Counted from the first letter of the stretch, positions 29,657-39,822 are shown. The stretch: DNA of 64,000 nt from an uncultured Bacteriovoracaceae bacterium (GCA_964012805.1 CAXGUD010000001.1:208731-272730), one strand, 5' to 3'. Numbers and translations: made by a program. The notes: generated from the sequence alone by a model not told the origin.

Positions 29657-30658
29657 TTATAGATCGTGAAATAACTTCCAAGTCATAAACTTTGGTATCT
29701 CTCCATGACCATTCTCATTTAAAATATAAGGAGAAAACCGGGAGTATTTTTTTAACATATTTTTCATTTTTTTTGGAGCTAAAGGACATGTTTTAAGTTC
29801 TCCATTTTTATGCTTAACTCCCCTAACCCTTTCCATAACTGACTTTGCCATACTACCTTTTCTAAAGCGGCTACAATTTATTGCTTCGTCAAAAGAATCA
29901 TCAACGTATTGGCTCCAATCAACTTCCTTATTTACAACCCATTTTCCTCTTCTACACTTCACATAAGGCCCCAAGCTCTGTTTTAAAATATCATTTCGTT
30001 TTGCCAAGATATGGTTCCAAAACCTCATCCCATTAAAGTTTGCGGCCAAGTCTCCGTAGGACATGACGCCTGTTTTGTAGGCACCCAAATTAAAGTACTC
30101 CATAAAAAGACCAAATTTTAAAGCTTTTTTAACCTCTTTTTTACCAAGGTAATGTAGGTTAAAATAATAATATCCATATCCAAAAAAGTGCTCAAATTTA
30201 TCAACCCCTAACCTTATCCCGTTAACTTTAATAACCTCACCAAAAACTGAAGGAATTACCAAATTAATTCCTCTTATAGCAGGAGAATCCATAAGGTTCC
30301 AATCTCTATAAACTGAATCTCTTACATCCGTTTTTAATTTAAAAATCCCTTTCTCTTTTCCAAGGGCCAGAAGAAAAGGAGCATCCTTCAATAAAACATT
30401 AAAGTCTTTTTTCAGGCCGCTATATAGAAAATCTTCTTTGCATTTATGGTTTTTCTTATTAATTTTTTTGATTCTATTTTTAATAAATCGATTTGTAATT
30501 TCATTTAATTTCGAAGTACTATCCTTTAAAAATTCAGTTCTTCTTGTGAAGTTATCAACTTCTCTTGAAGATAGATCTTCGCTTATTATTAACAACCAAA
30601 AAATCATTATTAGAGGGAAACTGAATATTAAGAACCTCATTCGACTTGAAAAGACCAA
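29657..30658 (-). CDS. exported hypothetical protein (DKxxHF...DLAAN motifs)
   Basis: N-terminal hydrophobic segment; 'EVDNFT', 'GVDKFEHFF', 'SYGDLAANFNG'. Confidence 0.6.
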   Translation of the reverse strand: MVFSSRMRFLIFSFPLIMIFWLLIISEDLSSREVDNFTRRTEFLKDSTSKLNEITNRFIKNRIKKINKKNHKCKEDFLYSGLKKDFNVLLKDAPFLLALGKEKGIFKLKTDVRDSVYRDWNLMDSPAIRGINLVIPSVFGEVIKVNGIRLGVDKFEHFFGYGYYYFNLHYLGKKEVKKALKFGLFMEYFNLGAYKTGVMSYGDLAANFNGMRFWNHILAKRNDILKQSLGPYVKCRRGKWVVNKEVDWSQYVDDSFDEAINCSRFRKGSMAKSVMERVRGVKHKNGELKTCPLAPKKMKNMLKKYSRFSPYILNENGHGEIPKFMTWKLFHDL

Positions 30659-30871
30659 AACCGCTACCTTTTTATGAGGAGATTTCCTCTCATTTTTAAT
30701 AACAATGCTTTAAACTTTAATAAGCGCTTCGGAAAAAATTGAGATTGCCTGACCTTTTTTTGGTGCTGGAAGTTTTTTCTCAAAAAAAATAAGATTCTTA
30801 TTATCACTTACCTGACATAAAGGTTTAACAAGTGAGGAGGGAAATTGATGGTCGTGTCTAGGCAGTTAAGC

Positions 30872-30897
30872 AGGGACACTTTTTTAAAAGAGTCCCT
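30872..30897 (-). terminator. hairpin downstream of typA (possible terminator)
   Basis: AGGGAC...GTCCCT inverted repeat; U-tract weak. Confidence 0.4.
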
Positions 30898-30909
30898 ACC
30901 CTTATTTTG

Positions 30910-32736
30910 CTAGGTTCTGATAACACTTCTGGTATTCTTACTTAAGCTTCTTTTTCTAATTCTTATATTTTTTGGAGTGACTTCAACCCATTCGTCATTA
31001 TCAATCCAATCCATTGCCCATTCTAGAGTTCTTCTTTGAATTGGAGGAAGCACGATATTTTGATCTTTTCCAGCTGTTCTCACACTACTTAGGTGCTTTT
31101 CACGAACACAATTAACATTAACATCGTTCGTTTTTGAATGTTCGCCAACTACCTGACCTTCATAAACAGCTTCACCAGGCTCAATAAATTGTTTCCCAGA
31201 GCTTAAAAGGTTAAATAAAGCATAAGGAGTCGATTTTCCCTGGCGGTCTGAAATAATGGCCCCGTTTTGCCTCGCTAGTAAGTCTCCAGCATAAGGACTG
31301 TGTCCTATAAAACGTGATGACATAAGACCATCGCCTCTTGTATCTGTTAAAAATTTTGACCGGTAACCAATAAGCCCCCTAGAAGGAACCTCAAACTCTA
31401 ACCTGGTTCTAGTTTCTCCAAGTGGGTTTAATCCGACCATTTTCCCCTTTCTTTCAGATAGTGCCTCTGTAACAGTCCCAACATCTTCATTTGGGACATC
31501 AAGGACGACACTTTCGAAAGGCTCGTGCTTTTTACCTTCAATCTCCTTAAAAAGGACCTCAGGTCTTGCAACCATAAGCTCAAAACCTGCCCTTCTAACT
31601 TCTTCAAAAACAATCGCCAATTGAAGTTCGCCTCGCCCTTTTAACTCAAATTCTTTTGGGTCACTTGTAGGATTAAACTTAAGGGCCACATTATGTCGGC
31701 AAGCATTTTCAAGAAATTCTTCTAATTTTCTACTTGTTAAGTACTCTCCTTCCCTTCCGGAACCTGGAGAAGTATTTACTGAAACAGTTACAGAAACTGT
31801 TGGAGGGTCAATTTCAATTCTTTCTAAAGCCTGAACGTCCTCTCTGGATGTAACTGTGTCTCCAATCATACCGTTATCGATACCTGAAAGAATAACAATT
31901 TCACCAGCTTTGGCCTCTTGAACTTCCCGAGTACCTAAAGCATCAAATATTTGAATATTACTTATTTTTTGGTTTTTATTCTGACCACTTTTATCACATA
32001 AAATTACTGACTGGTGTTTTTTAATAACTCCTCTATGAATTCGACCAATAACTTGAGGTCCTAAATAATTTGAGTAGCTTAAGTTCGTGACAAGGAGTTG
32101 GAAATTTTCACCCTTTTCAACTTTAGGCTCAGGAAAAAAGTCACTAACCATAAAATCCAATAAGGGGTGAAGGTTATCATTTTGATCTGAGAGGGATTTT
32201 TTAGCATAGCCCTCTTTTGCGGAAGCATAGTAAAAAGGAATATCTAAGTCATAATCCTCTTTACCTAAAAGAGTTGCTAACTCCAAAAAGAGGTCCTCAA
32301 CCTCGCCAATAACTTCTTCAATTCTCTCATCTGGTCTATCTATTTTGTTAATCACAACTGCAATTTTTAGGTTTTGCTCCATCGCCTTCCCAAGAACAAA
32401 CCTGGTTTGCGGCAATGGTCCCTCAGAAGCATCAACAAGAAGAAGAATTCCATCAACCATCATCAAAGATCTTTCAACCTCGCCTCCAAAGTCGGCGTGA
32501 CCTGGGGTATCTAGAAGGTTGATTTTGGCTCCTTTCCATGAAAAAGCGCAATTTTTTGCAGTAATTGTAATTCCTCTTTCTTTTTCTAGTTCTCCAGAGT
32601 CCATGACTCTTTCTTCTAGTTCCTCTCGAGAATCAAATGTTTCGGATTGCTTTAAAATTGCATCAACTAGAGTTGTCTTACCGTGGTCAACATGGGCCAC
32701 GATGGCCAAGTTCTTTAACTTTAGGTCTTGAGTCAT
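30910..32736 (-). CDS. typA: translational GTPase TypA/BipA
   Basis: 'AHVDHGKTTLVD', 'ERGITITAKN', 'DTPGHADFGGEVER', 'NKID', 'GRGELQL', 'VEVTPKNIRIRK'. Confidence 0.97.
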   Translation of the reverse strand: MTQDLKLKNLAIVAHVDHGKTTLVDAILKQSETFDSREELEERVMDSGELEKERGITITAKNCAFSWKGAKINLLDTPGHADFGGEVERSLMMVDGILLLVDASEGPLPQTRFVLGKAMEQNLKIAVVINKIDRPDERIEEVIGEVEDLFLELATLLGKEDYDLDIPFYYASAKEGYAKKSLSDQNDNLHPLLDFMVSDFFPEPKVEKGENFQLLVTNLSYSNYLGPQVIGRIHRGVIKKHQSVILCDKSGQNKNQKISNIQIFDALGTREVQEAKAGEIVILSGIDNGMIGDTVTSREDVQALERIEIDPPTVSVTVSVNTSPGSGREGEYLTSRKLEEFLENACRHNVALKFNPTSDPKEFELKGRGELQLAIVFEEVRRAGFELMVARPEVLFKEIEGKKHEPFESVVLDVPNEDVGTVTEALSERKGKMVGLNPLGETRTRLEFEVPSRGLIGYRSKFLTDTRGDGLMSSRFIGHSPYAGDLLARQNGAIISDRQGKSTPYALFNLLSSGKQFIEPGEAVYEGQVVGEHSKTNDVNVNCVREKHLSSVRTAGKDQNIVLPPIQRRTLEWAMDWIDNDEWVEVTPKNIRIRKRSLSKNTRSVIRT

Positions 32737-32854
32737 GATTAGTTTCCATTGGTGAGTAGATCTTTGAGACCAATGTAGCCAACCTAGGCAAAAAGGCCAG
32801 TAATTTATGGGAAGTTGAAATATTTACAGTAAAAAACATAATAATTACAAACAC

Positions 32855-33118
32855 TTACCTTTTTTTATAATCTACATCGTTACAACCCAGCCTCATTTCA
32901 AGCTCGCATTTCTTGATTTTTAACAAGGCCTCTAAAAGCTCTTCCTTGCTCCGTTTGGACCAACTCTCTCTAAAAGCCTCAAGCTCTCTTTTTAGGACCT
33001 CCTGGTTATGAAGCGACCCATCCACTGACTTAGCCCTTTTTTGTCCCTTTATCGTCTTAAAGAGGTCGTTTTCGTTCATATTTATAGAGGTGTTAGGGCT
33101 TAAAAACTCTGTATCCAT
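32855..33118 (-). CDS. hypothetical protein
   Basis: AAGGAG before ATG 33118; helical, charged. Confidence 0.5.
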   Translation of the reverse strand: MDTEFLSPNTSINMNENDLFKTIKGQKRAKSVDGSLHNQEVLKRELEAFRESWSKRSKEELLEALLKIKKCELEMRLGCNDVDYKKR

Positions 33119-33282
33119 AAAATCAAACTCCTTTTGAAATTGCACCACAAGCTTTACTTGTTATATTGTCAAAAAGTCTAAAAGGCATCAAGCCACAAAT
33201 TAGTTTTGTTATACTGGCTAAATTAAAATATTCCTTTAAAATGTGAGATGTTTACCTAAACTTTCAAAAAGGGTTTAAAAAA

Positions 33283-33666
33283 TTGAGCAAAAAACGGCCA
33301 CTAATTCTTATTACTGACGACGAAGAAATGATTACCAGAATTTTTGAAGACGGTCTTTACCTTGAGATGAAAGATAAAGTAGAAATCGAGGTGACAGAAG
33401 TCCCCAATGAAGCCATTAGGCTCACAAGCACAATTAAATATGACGTTCTTCTCTTAGATCATAGAATGCCTTCCATGAAGGGAAGTGACGTTGCTCATAA
33501 AATTAGAAAGAGAAGTGGTCCTAATCAAAAAACACCTATCATTTTTATTTCTGGGTATATCAGGGAAACTAAGCTCGAAACAGAAGGTCTTGAAGATATT
33601 TATTACCTCCCAAAGCCTCTTATATTTAAAGACCTTTCAGAAATAATAAAAAAAATTATGAACTGA
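33283..33666 (+). CDS. single-domain response regulator (receiver)
   Basis: 'ITDDE', 'LLDHRMP', 'IFISG', 'LPKP'. Confidence 0.88.
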   Translation: MSKKRPLILITDDEEMITRIFEDGLYLEMKDKVEIEVTEVPNEAIRLTSTIKYDVLLLDHRMPSMKGSDVAHKIRKRSGPNQKTPIIFISGYIRETKLETEGLEDIYYLPKPLIFKDLSEIIKKIMN

Positions 33667-33701
33667 AAAAGCCACCTCTTCTCAAACTGGAGAATAGAAA
33701 A

Positions 33702-34469
33702 TTGATTGAGCTTAAAAGTGTAACCAAAGTCTACGAAGATCTTACTGTTGTAAATTCTATAGATCTTTTTATTCCTAAGGGAGAGCTCCTTGTCTTGCTA
33801 GGCGAGTCAGGTTGCGGAAAAACAACAACGCTCAAAATGATTAACAGGTTAATCCATCCAACAGGTGGTGAAGTCAAAATTGATGGAAAAAATAATACGG
33901 ATATGCCTCCTTATGAACTGAGAAGAGAAATTGGCTATTGTTTTCAAAAAATTGGCCTTTTTCCCCACATGACTGTTGCAAACAATATTGCCATTACATT
34001 GGGCCTCTTGGGGTGGGAAAAAGCTAAAATAAGGGAGCGTGTCATTGAGCTTTTGGAGTTAACAGAGCTAGACCCGAAAATATTCTACCACCGGTACCCT
34101 AAAGAACTCTCCGGAGGCCAGGCCCAGAGAGTAGCAGTTGCCAGGGCACTCTCAGCTCACCCAAAAGTCATCCTCTTTGATGAACCTTTTGGAAAATTGG
34201 ACCCTCTAAACAGAAGCCATCTTCAAAAAGAAATTCAAAAAATAAAGAACAGGATTCCTTTTACAGGAGCTTTCGTGACTCACGATATGATGGAAGCACT
34301 CCTTTTGGGAGATAGGATCGCTATTATGAAAAGGGGATCCATTGTTCAAATAGATACTCCAAAAAATATTTTCAATAACCCAATAGATGATTACGTCGCT
34401 TCTTTAATTAGGGCCCCAAAAGAACAAATGAAGCAACTTGAAGCCACACTTGAAAGAGGAGATGGTTAA
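33702..34469 (+). CDS. osmoprotectant-type (OpuBA/OsmV-like) ABC ATP-binding protein
   Basis: 'GESGCGKTTTLKMINRL', 'LFPHMTV', 'LSGGQAQR', 'VTHD'; no CBS tail. Confidence 0.9.
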   Translation: MIELKSVTKVYEDLTVVNSIDLFIPKGELLVLLGESGCGKTTTLKMINRLIHPTGGEVKIDGKNNTDMPPYELRREIGYCFQKIGLFPHMTVANNIAITLGLLGWEKAKIRERVIELLELTELDPKIFYHRYPKELSGGQAQRVAVARALSAHPKVILFDEPFGKLDPLNRSHLQKEIQKIKNRIPFTGAFVTHDMMEALLLGDRIAIMKRGSIVQIDTPKNIFNNPIDDYVASLIRAPKEQMKQLEATLERGDG

Positions 34470-34471
34470 TA

Positions 34472-36028
34472 ATGAAAGAACAACTCCTTATTTTGGGCTC
34501 CCTTTTTTATTCACACCTCTCTTTAAGCCTTGTGGCCCTTTTAGTAGGTATTCTAATAAGCATCCCTCTTGGTGTCTGGGTATCGCACCAAAAACGATGG
34601 CAAAACCTGGTTTTAGGATTTTCAGGAGTCATTCAAACGATTCCTGGGCTCGCTCTTCTGGCAATCATGGTCCCCATATTAGGGACCGTCTCAGATTGGT
34701 CTGAAACAAACTTTAATTACAAATTCTCTAGTATTGGAACACTCCCTGCTCTTCTTGCCCTTATCCTTTATTCACTTCTTCCTATTCTTAGAAATACGGT
34801 CACGGGGATTGCGGGCATTGACGAAGACCTTATAGAAGCTGCTGATGCCGTCGGTATGACACCTAAACAGAAGCTCTTTAAAGTTGAGCTTATCATGGCC
34901 ATGCCAGTTATATTTGCAGGAATCAGAACGGCCACTATCTGGGTAATAGGCCTTGCCACTTTAGCAACCCCTGTCGGTGCTCCAAGCCTTGGAAATATTA
35001 TTTTTTCAGGACTTCAAACTAAAAACTATCCTCTTGTTTTCGCGGGCTGTATAGCCGCGGCTCTTTTAGCAATCTTCTTTGATAGTCTTATGGGACTTTT
35101 AGAAAAAGCATGGCAAAAAAGGAAGTGGAATACACTTAAAGTAATCCTTTGTTTCTTCATTCTTCTTTACAGCTTTATTTTTTATAAAGGTTCCAAAGAT
35201 ATATTTTTTAAAGATGAAAACAAGATTATTGTGGGCACTAAGGCCTTTACTGAACAATACATCCTTGGCGATATTATAAAAATGATCGTCCAAGAGAAAA
35301 CTCCCTACAAAGTCGATATTAGAAAGTCTCTTGGATCAAACCTTCTTTTCGATGCCTTAAGAAATGATCAGATTGATATTTATGTAACCTATTCAGGTAC
35401 CATTTGGTCAACAGTCATGAAAGAAAAGGGTCTCCCCCCTTCTTCAAAAGCTCTTCTTTCCAAAGTAACAGACTATGTTGAGAAAAAGCATAACCTCAAA
35501 GTTGCCGCTCGCCTTGGTTTTGAAAATAAGTACGCTTTTGCCATGACTAGAAAAAAGGCTTCCGAATTAGGCATTAAGACTATTGATGATCTTAAAAAGT
35601 TTGCTGGAGACCTCAAACTTGGGACTGATTATGTTTTTTTAGACCGGTTAGAATGGAAAAATATAAGAGGCCTTTACAAAATTGATTTCCAAAAAAAAAT
35701 TGTCATGGACCCAACCCTCATGTACGAATCAGTTCATGATAATCAAGTCGATGTTATCACTGCCTACACAAGTGACGGCCGAATAAAAAAATATGACCTG
35801 CTTATTTTGAAAGACAAAAAAAAGGCAATCCCCTCATACCATACCATGCTCCTTCTTTCACAAAGGGCCGTTACAAAAAGGCCACTCCTTTTAAAGGAAT
35901 TAAAGAAACTTGATCAATCAATCACACTTGAAATAATGCAGGATCTAAATTTTCTGGTCGATGAAAAAGGGAAAAGTACAAAAGAGGCGGCCAAAACCTT
36001 TCTTTCAATTTTAAAAAAAAGGCCCTGA
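34472..36028 (+). CDS. fused permease/substrate-binding protein of quaternary-amine ABC transporter (OpuBC/BilEB/EgtU-like)
   Basis: Permease 'QTIPGLALL...LPILRNT...EAADAVGMT' followed by SBP 'KAFTEQYIL', 'YSGT', 'GFENKYA', 'AYTSDGRI'. Confidence 0.88.
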   Translation: MKEQLLILGSLFYSHLSLSLVALLVGILISIPLGVWVSHQKRWQNLVLGFSGVIQTIPGLALLAIMVPILGTVSDWSETNFNYKFSSIGTLPALLALILYSLLPILRNTVTGIAGIDEDLIEAADAVGMTPKQKLFKVELIMAMPVIFAGIRTATIWVIGLATLATPVGAPSLGNIIFSGLQTKNYPLVFAGCIAAALLAIFFDSLMGLLEKAWQKRKWNTLKVILCFFILLYSFIFYKGSKDIFFKDENKIIVGTKAFTEQYILGDIIKMIVQEKTPYKVDIRKSLGSNLLFDALRNDQIDIYVTYSGTIWSTVMKEKGLPPSSKALLSKVTDYVEKKHNLKVAARLGFENKYAFAMTRKKASELGIKTIDDLKKFAGDLKLGTDYVFLDRLEWKNIRGLYKIDFQKKIVMDPTLMYESVHDNQVDVITAYTSDGRIKKYDLLILKDKKKAIPSYHTMLLLSQRAVTKRPLLLKELKKLDQSITLEIMQDLNFLVDEKGKSTKEAAKTFLSILKKRP

Positions 36029-36044
36029 CCTTAAAAACTAAGAA

Positions 36045-37211
36045 TCAGAGGCAACCTTTCGAAGACCAAAGGCATTGTTTTCTACCGAACCTTTTAAGAC
36101 AATCATTTTCATTACAAATGGCGGCTCCTAGTGTCCAACTCGCTCCCGCCCTTTTGCTTTTATAATCTAAGCCCAGTGCTTCTATATATCTTTTATAATA
36201 AACGGCCCTGAAACAAGAAGTTTCTTTTTCAAAACACTTGCCTCTGTTCCGACAACACTTATCAATAGTTTTTTCATTAACAAACTTGAAGGCCCCGGTG
36301 AAAACCCACTCAATACCTCCTGCTTTTTGAAAAGGAAGCCTTTTATAAATGCCTCTCTTCCCATTTCTAAAATTGTAAGGGTCATAGATCCCTCGAGGTG
36401 TACTTACCTTCATACTGTCAGCGCACTTTTTACTATTCCAGCCTGAAGACCCTACGCCAGCACCGTACTTACAAGAAGAAGCCAGTCCAAAAACCTTTGA
36501 AGCTTCATCACCACCTAAACCTAAAAATGAATAGCTAAAAATCTTTAAATTTTTCCCGCCAATCCAAATATTTTTACTATCAACACATTTTGGGCAAGGA
36601 AAAGTGATTTGAGATGAAGCTCCTCCCATTTCGACGATTCCAAAACGGTCACTTCCTTTCTTTTCTCTTACCGAAAGCCATGCAAAAAGACCTTCTTCAT
36701 AGCCAGGTAAGGTTCGAGTCAAAACTTTCACTTTAGATCCAAGCTTCTTTTGGAGTGCCAGCTTTAGGTCCCTCCAAAGCGTTTGACTTCTTTTTCTATT
36801 AACATGTTCAGCAATCCTCATACCAGCCGTCGCAAAGATACTGGCAATCCTTACATCACAGACCTTTTTCCAATCAAAAGCTTTCCAGGCAAGCCCCCCA
36901 CTAGAATACTTTGGGCCATCTTGTAAAATTGTATCTAGAAGGCTCATAATTTCGTTGATAAGTTCCTTCCTCTGACTCCACTTTGCTCCTCTGATTTCTC
37001 TTACTGGGTCGGCCAGGGCAGAGCCTTTTGGTCCCTCATGCTCAATCCAAGTGTTATTTTTTTTCTCATATACGTAAAGCCGTGTACCGCTACTACCTGC
37101 ATCATAAACAATTTGGCACTGGCTTTTAGAAAAAGCGTCACTGGCCCCTAAAATCCAAGTTAAGGTGAAAAAAACAGTTAGAAAGAACTTTCTTAATAAA
37201 GCAAAGTACAT
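36045..37211 (-). CDS. secreted GDA1/CD39-family NTPDase (apyrase)
   Basis: ACR1 'DAGSSGTR', ACR2 'ATAGMR', ACR3 'GYEEGLFAW', ACR4 'EMGGASSQ', ACR5 'SWTLG'; signal peptide; GAGGAG RBS. Confidence 0.9.
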   Translation of the reverse strand: MYFALLRKFFLTVFFTLTWILGASDAFSKSQCQIVYDAGSSGTRLYVYEKKNNTWIEHEGPKGSALADPVREIRGAKWSQRKELINEIMSLLDTILQDGPKYSSGGLAWKAFDWKKVCDVRIASIFATAGMRIAEHVNRKRSQTLWRDLKLALQKKLGSKVKVLTRTLPGYEEGLFAWLSVREKKGSDRFGIVEMGGASSQITFPCPKCVDSKNIWIGGKNLKIFSYSFLGLGGDEASKVFGLASSCKYGAGVGSSGWNSKKCADSMKVSTPRGIYDPYNFRNGKRGIYKRLPFQKAGGIEWVFTGAFKFVNEKTIDKCCRNRGKCFEKETSCFRAVYYKRYIEALGLDYKSKRAGASWTLGAAICNENDCLKRFGRKQCLWSSKGCL

Positions 37212-37452
37212 AAAAGCTCCTCATTGAATATTGATAGTGATTAACTGAGTGCATGCCTGTACTCACTTCACTGTCCATGTAACTTAATAAAGATTATTAC
37301 ATTCTGCAGCGTTTCAATACAAACAGGAAGAGTAACTAAATTACCACCTCGTTTGCAAGACCTTTTCGCTCAAGATTCTATTTTTAAGTACATTTATAAA
37401 TTTTCCACCCGATTAGTAAGCCAATCTACTTCTAGATGAACGGAGTAAAATT

Positions 37453-37917
37453 GTGAAAGTAGTAAAAAAGAAAGATGATCGTAAGAACTATCTTATAAAC
37501 CCAAGCTTCCAATTAACTATTGTAGGCATTTTTATAGGCATTAGCCTCGTTGTTAACATCATTTATTTTATTTCAATGAATTTTTCTTTTGAGGAGTTTT
37601 TTGCTTTAGGCAAAGAACTTGGACTCCCACAAAATAGCCAATTTTTTAAATTTATTAGTCATCAAAAAGATAAGTTTACCAATATATTTCTGGCCACCTC
37701 TTTATTATCATCTGTTGTTTTAATTATCTTTGGAATTCTTCTCTCCCATAAAATTGCAGGACCAGTTTATAGAATGACAGAAGATCTAAAGGCAATGATT
37801 GAAAGTAAAACCACAAAAGAAGTTCATTTCAGAAAAGGGGATTTTTTTATAGAATTAACAAAAACATTTAATGAGTTCTTAAACTCTAGTAATAAGGATA
37901 AAGGTAAGGAGGACTGA
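37453..37917 (+). CDS. small two-TM protein with HAMP-like segment
   Basis: 'RKNYLINPSFQL', 2 TMs, 'SHKIAGPVYR...FRKGDFFIEL'. Confidence 0.7.
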   Translation: MKVVKKKDDRKNYLINPSFQLTIVGIFIGISLVVNIIYFISMNFSFEEFFALGKELGLPQNSQFFKFISHQKDKFTNIFLATSLLSSVVLIIFGILLSHKIAGPVYRMTEDLKAMIESKTTKEVHFRKGDFFIELTKTFNEFLNSSNKDKGKED

Positions 37918-37944
37918 GTCCTCCTTACTCCAAAGCTTAGACTA

Positions 37945-38448
37945 TTACTTAATTATAATTTTTTTGATCCCAATAATCTTTCCAAAAAACTTTTTGCTCT
38001 TTAAAACTAGTTTTTTTACCCTTTTTCCATCTCTGGTTTCTAAAGACCAGTCATCACTGTTTCTTTTGAGGTAAATCTCTAGGTCTTTATAACGCTTACT
38101 AATACCATCTACTAAATACGTTAAAAGAACATCACCACCCATAATCCGGTCCATTGTATTCGAGCTCAGCTTGAATACATCAAGACCCTCAGCCCTATAT
38201 AAAACAACCCCTCCTTCATTCAAATCATTTATTGAAAAAGTCTGAATTGAACCCTTGCTCTTTCTGCTTACCTTGAGGATATCCCCTTCCTTATCTAGAG
38301 CAAGAGTTAAGAAATGCTTCTTATTTCCCTCGGGCTCGCTAATAATTTCTAGAATATTAACTTCTCTGGCAGACAGGCAAACTGAAGTGAATAAAGAGGT
38401 AAATGTTATAAAAAGAACAAAATATTTACTTATGGATTTCATATTCAT
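37945..38448 (-). CDS. hypothetical exported protein
   Basis: Signal peptide; C-terminal 'FFGKIIGIKKI'. Confidence 0.6.
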   Translation of the reverse strand: MNMKSISKYFVLFITFTSLFTSVCLSAREVNILEIISEPEGNKKHFLTLALDKEGDILKVSRKSKGSIQTFSINDLNEGGVVLYRAEGLDVFKLSSNTMDRIMGGDVLLTYLVDGISKRYKDLEIYLKRNSDDWSLETRDGKRVKKLVLKSKKFFGKIIGIKKIIIK

Positions 38449-38583
38449 TAATTTCTCCAAGTTTAAGTTGGAAAAATTATGAGAAGTCCTTTTAACTTTG
38501 GCAAGACCTTGACTTTTAATTTAAAAGGTATTTAAGAAGGTAAAAGTGTTGATTTTTTCTCTAAATTAAGACCTATTTTCCTC

Positions 38584-39822
38584 TTATTTCATCAACTTAC
38601 TTATGAAAAACTCCCTTAACCTATCTCTTTTCAATAAATCCTTAACAATGGCGATTAAGTGTTGATCCTTTTCCCATCTTACATTACCTTTCTCGCAACT
38701 TGCATTGAAGGCTTGGGTTAAATCCCACTGATTTTTGCTTGGAACTAAAGTATCTCCAAATGAAGCAACAAAATAAACATGACTTTCTTTCCTTCTATGG
38801 GCCAAGCTCATTGGCTCATAAGGTAGTGCCCTTTCTAAGGCCTTAAAATAATCCATCCTTGTTCTTAAATTCTCTTTCCTCATTCTGTATGATCGATACA
38901 ATTTGGCCATTGCCTGTTCTGAGTTCGTGAAGAGCTCAGGAAAATTAGCCCCTCCCATTGCCGAAGCTAAAACCTTGATATCATCGTTCAAAACATAAAC
39001 CATTGAGGAAAGGAGACCTCCCAAACTAAAACCAAAAATGCCAATATTGTCCTTGTCAATATCTCTGTATTTTTTTAAATACTGGATCATTCTATGAGTA
39101 TCACCAATAACTCCCGCCATAGATTCTTTAAGCTTTCCAATCTGGTTAAAAGGACTTACGAATTTAACGCCTCCTAACTCCAAAACGGCGACTTGAAAAC
39201 CAAAAGAGGCATACTCGATGGCCATACCAATATCAAAAGGAGAGATCCCGTAAACAGGGGGCATGATGATTAAGACAGGCCTTGGCTTCGTACTCTTTTT
39301 CTTTAATTGATAAAGATAAAACTTGGTAGTTCCCTTTTGACCTTTAGGTTTTTTATAACTTAATCGTACTCTTAGTTTTTTAACACCTTTTATTTCTTTC
39401 ATAACTTTTTTCGTGTTTTCACTTCCGTACCATGAGTCTAATGCCATTTTTTCTGAAACTTTAAAAGACGTTTCAGCAAAACGTTCTGATATATTTTTTG
39501 TGACCTCATATTTTTTCATTTCTTGTTTTATATTTTTCATGGCATTTTTAAAAAGCCTATCTAGCCTACTCATACTTTCAAATGTTTTTGTTTCAATAGT
39601 AAAGTCGCTTTCAGATTTAACCGACCATGGAAGATCAAGTTGTGTCTTTTTAAGATCCTTAATGAGATTTTCAAGATTCCTTCCCTTTATTTTTATTGGT
39701 CTTTTACAAATTGCTTTTTTGGGACACAGTCTGAAGTTCAATTCAGGACAATTTTGGGCAAAGGCCTTTGATGAGAAAAAAATGAACAAAAATACTAGGA
39801 AATATAGGGACAAATTCCTCAT
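38584..39822 (-). CDS. secreted alpha/beta hydrolase
   Basis: Signal peptide; nucleophile elbow 'GFSLGG'; 'DTLVP' Asp and C-terminal 'DQHL' His. Confidence 0.8.
   Translation of the reverse strand: MRNLSLYFLVFLFIFFSSKAFAQNCPELNFRLCPKKAICKRPIKIKGRNLENLIKDLKKTQLDLPWSVKSESDFTIETKTFESMSRLDRLFKNAMKNIKQEMKKYEVTKNISERFAETSFKVSEKMALDSWYGSENTKKVMKEIKGVKKLRVRLSYKKPKGQKGTTKFYLYQLKKKSTKPRPVLIIMPPVYGISPFDIGMAIEYASFGFQVAVLELGGVKFVSPFNQIGKLKESMAGVIGDTHRMIQYLKKYRDIDKDNIGIFGFSLGGLLSSMVYVLNDDIKVLASAMGGANFPELFTNSEQAMAKLYRSYRMRKENLRTRMDYFKALERALPYEPMSLAHRRKESHVYFVASFGDTLVPSKNQWDLTQAFNASCEKGNVRWEKDQHLIAIVKDLLKRDRLREFFISKLMK

Noticed and set aside
30659..30780. c-di-GMP-I riboswitch suggested by minus-strand GGTAGCGG and a nearby hairpin
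   Set aside because: The 5' GGCAAA/GAAA/GCAAAG elements are absent
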